Assembly (NCBI GenBank): GCA_944392225.1
Contig: CALXWB010000006.1
Span: forward strand, 1 to 58,748
DNA: 58,748 bases
Reading direction: 5' to 3'
Origin: an uncultured Alphaproteobacteria bacterium
Lineage (GTDB): Bacteria > Pseudomonadota > Alphaproteobacteria > RF32 > CAG-239
Shown here piece after piece: positions 56,858 to 58,748 of the stretch. Position numbers and translations under genes: made by a program. The notes beneath the pieces are model-generated. The model was not told the DNA's origin and did no database searches. It was given only the letters and a program-made list of their open reading frames with translations. Each line of letters starts with the position of its first letter. Within the stretch, counting starts at the first letter, position 1.

Positions 56858-58618
56858 ATGTCAGAAATAAGTTTAACAGCGTCCATGCGCAGCAATTTGT
56901 TAAGCTTGCAACAAATAGCAAAGTTGCAAGACAGCACGCAATTACGCTTATCCACCGGCTTAAAAGTCAATTCCGCCATAGATAATCCCAGTTCTTATTA
57001 TACTGCCAGCTCGCTTAATAACCGAGCCGAGGATTTGTCAGCATTGCTTGATTCGATGGGACAATCGGTGCAGACCATTAAAGCTGCAACCGAGGGGATT
57101 GAGAAAGCAGAAGAGCTTTTAGCCATTGCGCAAGCCACGGCCAACTCGGCTTTGGAAGATATAAAAATTCCCGAAAAAAGCTATTTTGAAAGCCTGGTCG
57201 GAGAAAACGGCGCGGTTGTCAGCAGCAAAGAAGAATTGTTAAACGCCGTCAATGCCGGCAAAGAAGAAATATGCATCTATGGTGAGATTGATATGGGTGA
57301 CCAAACCATCACCTTAACCGACAATCAGAAACTGGTTGGTATTGGTTATTATGGCAAATTTGACTCTGACACCGATAAATTTTCTTCTCTCAAATTTGAA
57401 TATGAAGGTATTGAAGGAAGAAACTTTATTTTTTCTGCTAAGAGCAACAATGTCATTTCAGATTTATCAATAAATGTGAATTCCTTAAACAACCAATTCT
57501 GCAGCGCTATTGCTTTTGATAATGCTACAAATGCAATCATTCAAAATATAGATATTCAAGCTAACACAACAGCTTTATCTATAGCTACTTCAACCAATAT
57601 AAAATTAGATGGAAAAAACTTTTTTAATCTTTACGAAAAAGATACTATATATGCCATTGATTCAAACTCTTCAACTTTTGATATCTATGGGGAAACTACA
57701 ATCAAGAATATTGGTCCGTCATATAATTATGGATTGTGTAGCGGAGGCCAAACCGGCCAAATCAATATTTATGGCAAGATGAATATTCATAGCGAAGGAA
57801 GAAATTCTTTTAATGTGGCTCTCGGAGAAGGAAAAATCAATTTTAAATCCGGTTCAGAGCTTAATATGCAAGGTTTTCTTTTTGTTGCAGAAACACAAAC
57901 GACCGCCCCCGGAATAATGACTTTTGAAGCCGGAGCAAAGTTGAATTATCAAAATCAAGGAAGTTTTCTCGCTTCTAATGAAATAGCGGTTACAGGAAAT
58001 ATGGGCTCAGGTGGACATATAAATATCACTGCAAATTATATCCGTCAAAATTTAACTGATTTCACCGAAACGGATTATAAATGGGAAGAAATTGATTTTG
58101 AGGGCGACAATAGCGGTGCCAAAGGCAAAGTAGAAGATAAATATAATTCAAGTTTCAACAAAACTTTGTCGCAATATGATAGTTTGATTAAAGATAGTTC
58201 TTATAAAGGCGTGAACTTGCTTCAAGCCGATGATTTGAAAGTGATTTTTAATGAAAACAGAAGTTCAACCTTAGAGGTGAGCGGCGTGGATTTGAGCTCC
58301 GATAAAATCGGTATGATGACGGCTGATTGGTTAACCGCTGAAGATGTGCAAAAAACCATAGAACAATTATCTAACGCCAAAAACGCCCTGCGTTCGGCCT
58401 CAACCAAGCTCGGCAACTATTATTCCATCATCACCGAGCGCGAGACTTTTACCGATAATTTGATTAATGTGCTGGAAGAAGGTGCGGATAAGCTCACGCT
58501 TGCTGATATGAATGAAGAGAGTGCCAATATGCTCTCCCTGCAAACGCAACAACAACTGGCGATTAATTCTTTAAGCCTTGCATCACAGGCCAGCCAAGCT
58601 GTCCTGAGATTGTTCTAA
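56858..58618 (+). CDS. Flagellin (Rhodospirillales/Bradyrhizobium polar type) with large beta-rich insert
   Basis: ISLTASMRSNLLSLQ...RLSTGLKVNSAIDNP, DSSYKGVNLL, LADMNEESANMLSLQTQQQL...QAVLRLF; start ATG 56858. Confidence 0.92.
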   Translation: MSEISLTASMRSNLLSLQQIAKLQDSTQLRLSTGLKVNSAIDNPSSYYTASSLNNRAEDLSALLDSMGQSVQTIKAATEGIEKAEELLAIAQATANSALEDIKIPEKSYFESLVGENGAVVSSKEELLNAVNAGKEEICIYGEIDMGDQTITLTDNQKLVGIGYYGKFDSDTDKFSSLKFEYEGIEGRNFIFSAKSNNVISDLSINVNSLNNQFCSAIAFDNATNAIIQNIDIQANTTALSIATSTNIKLDGKNFFNLYEKDTIYAIDSNSSTFDIYGETTIKNIGPSYNYGLCSGGQTGQINIYGKMNIHSEGRNSFNVALGEGKINFKSGSELNMQGFLFVAETQTTAPGIMTFEAGAKLNYQNQGSFLASNEIAVTGNMGSGGHINITANYIRQNLTDFTETDYKWEEIDFEGDNSGAKGKVEDKYNSSFNKTLSQYDSLIKDSSYKGVNLLQADDLKVIFNENRSSTLEVSGVDLSSDKIGMMTADWLTAEDVQKTIEQLSNAKNALRSASTKLGNYYSIITERETFTDNLINVLEEGADKLTLADMNEESANMLSLQTQQQLAINSLSLASQASQAVLRLF

Positions 58619-58653
58619 AAAATCGTCTAACTGGGAACTAGAGTATTGGACAC

Positions 58654-58685
58654 AAAAAAAGCTCTACAGCTGCAGAGCTTTTTTT
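58654..58685 (+). terminator. Terminator after flagellin
   Basis: AAAAAAAGCTCTACA-GC-TGCAGAGCTTTTTTT. Confidence 0.8.
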
Positions 58686-58748
58686 GTTTTGCTTTATTTC
58701 TTGCCGGCGGGCTTGACCGGGGCATTGACTTTGTTTTGCAAATCTTTA

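Overview
This is a core-chromosome window (~40% GC by eye) from an alphaproteobacterium with Rhodospirillales-like gene order and proteins, plausibly a reduced gut-associated lineage (inference). It carries tRNA-Thr(CGT), tRNA-Phe(GAA), RNase P RNA, 6S RNA and an ffh-leader RNA. Housekeeping blocks are ffh-rpsP-rimM-trmD-rplS, gltX, lpxC-bamD-recN, a truncated dcw cluster (mraZ-rsmH-ftsL-ftsI), efp, zapA, thrS and accBC. A large flagellar set includes fliF-G-H-N, flbD, flhA-F-G, fliK-flgD-flgE, flaF, a second flgE and a flagellin, with sigma54 and CtrA sites. No CRISPR array, integrase or transposase was seen. The most interesting signals are: (1) a flagellin with a ~320-aa insert that reads like a pectin-lyase-type beta-helix, in a flagellar system with an enlarged hook, a second hook gene and no stator gene in the window; (2) a tandem pair of ~100-nt structured repeats in the ffh 5' leader, ahead of an apparent ATT start codon; (3) intact but catalytically eroded homologues of Asd, SuhB, ThiE and possibly a nucleotide cyclase; (4) a 39-aa membrane peptide missed by the ORF track and a Clostridia-like GluRS. 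All family calls come from motif recognition by eye; no searches were run.
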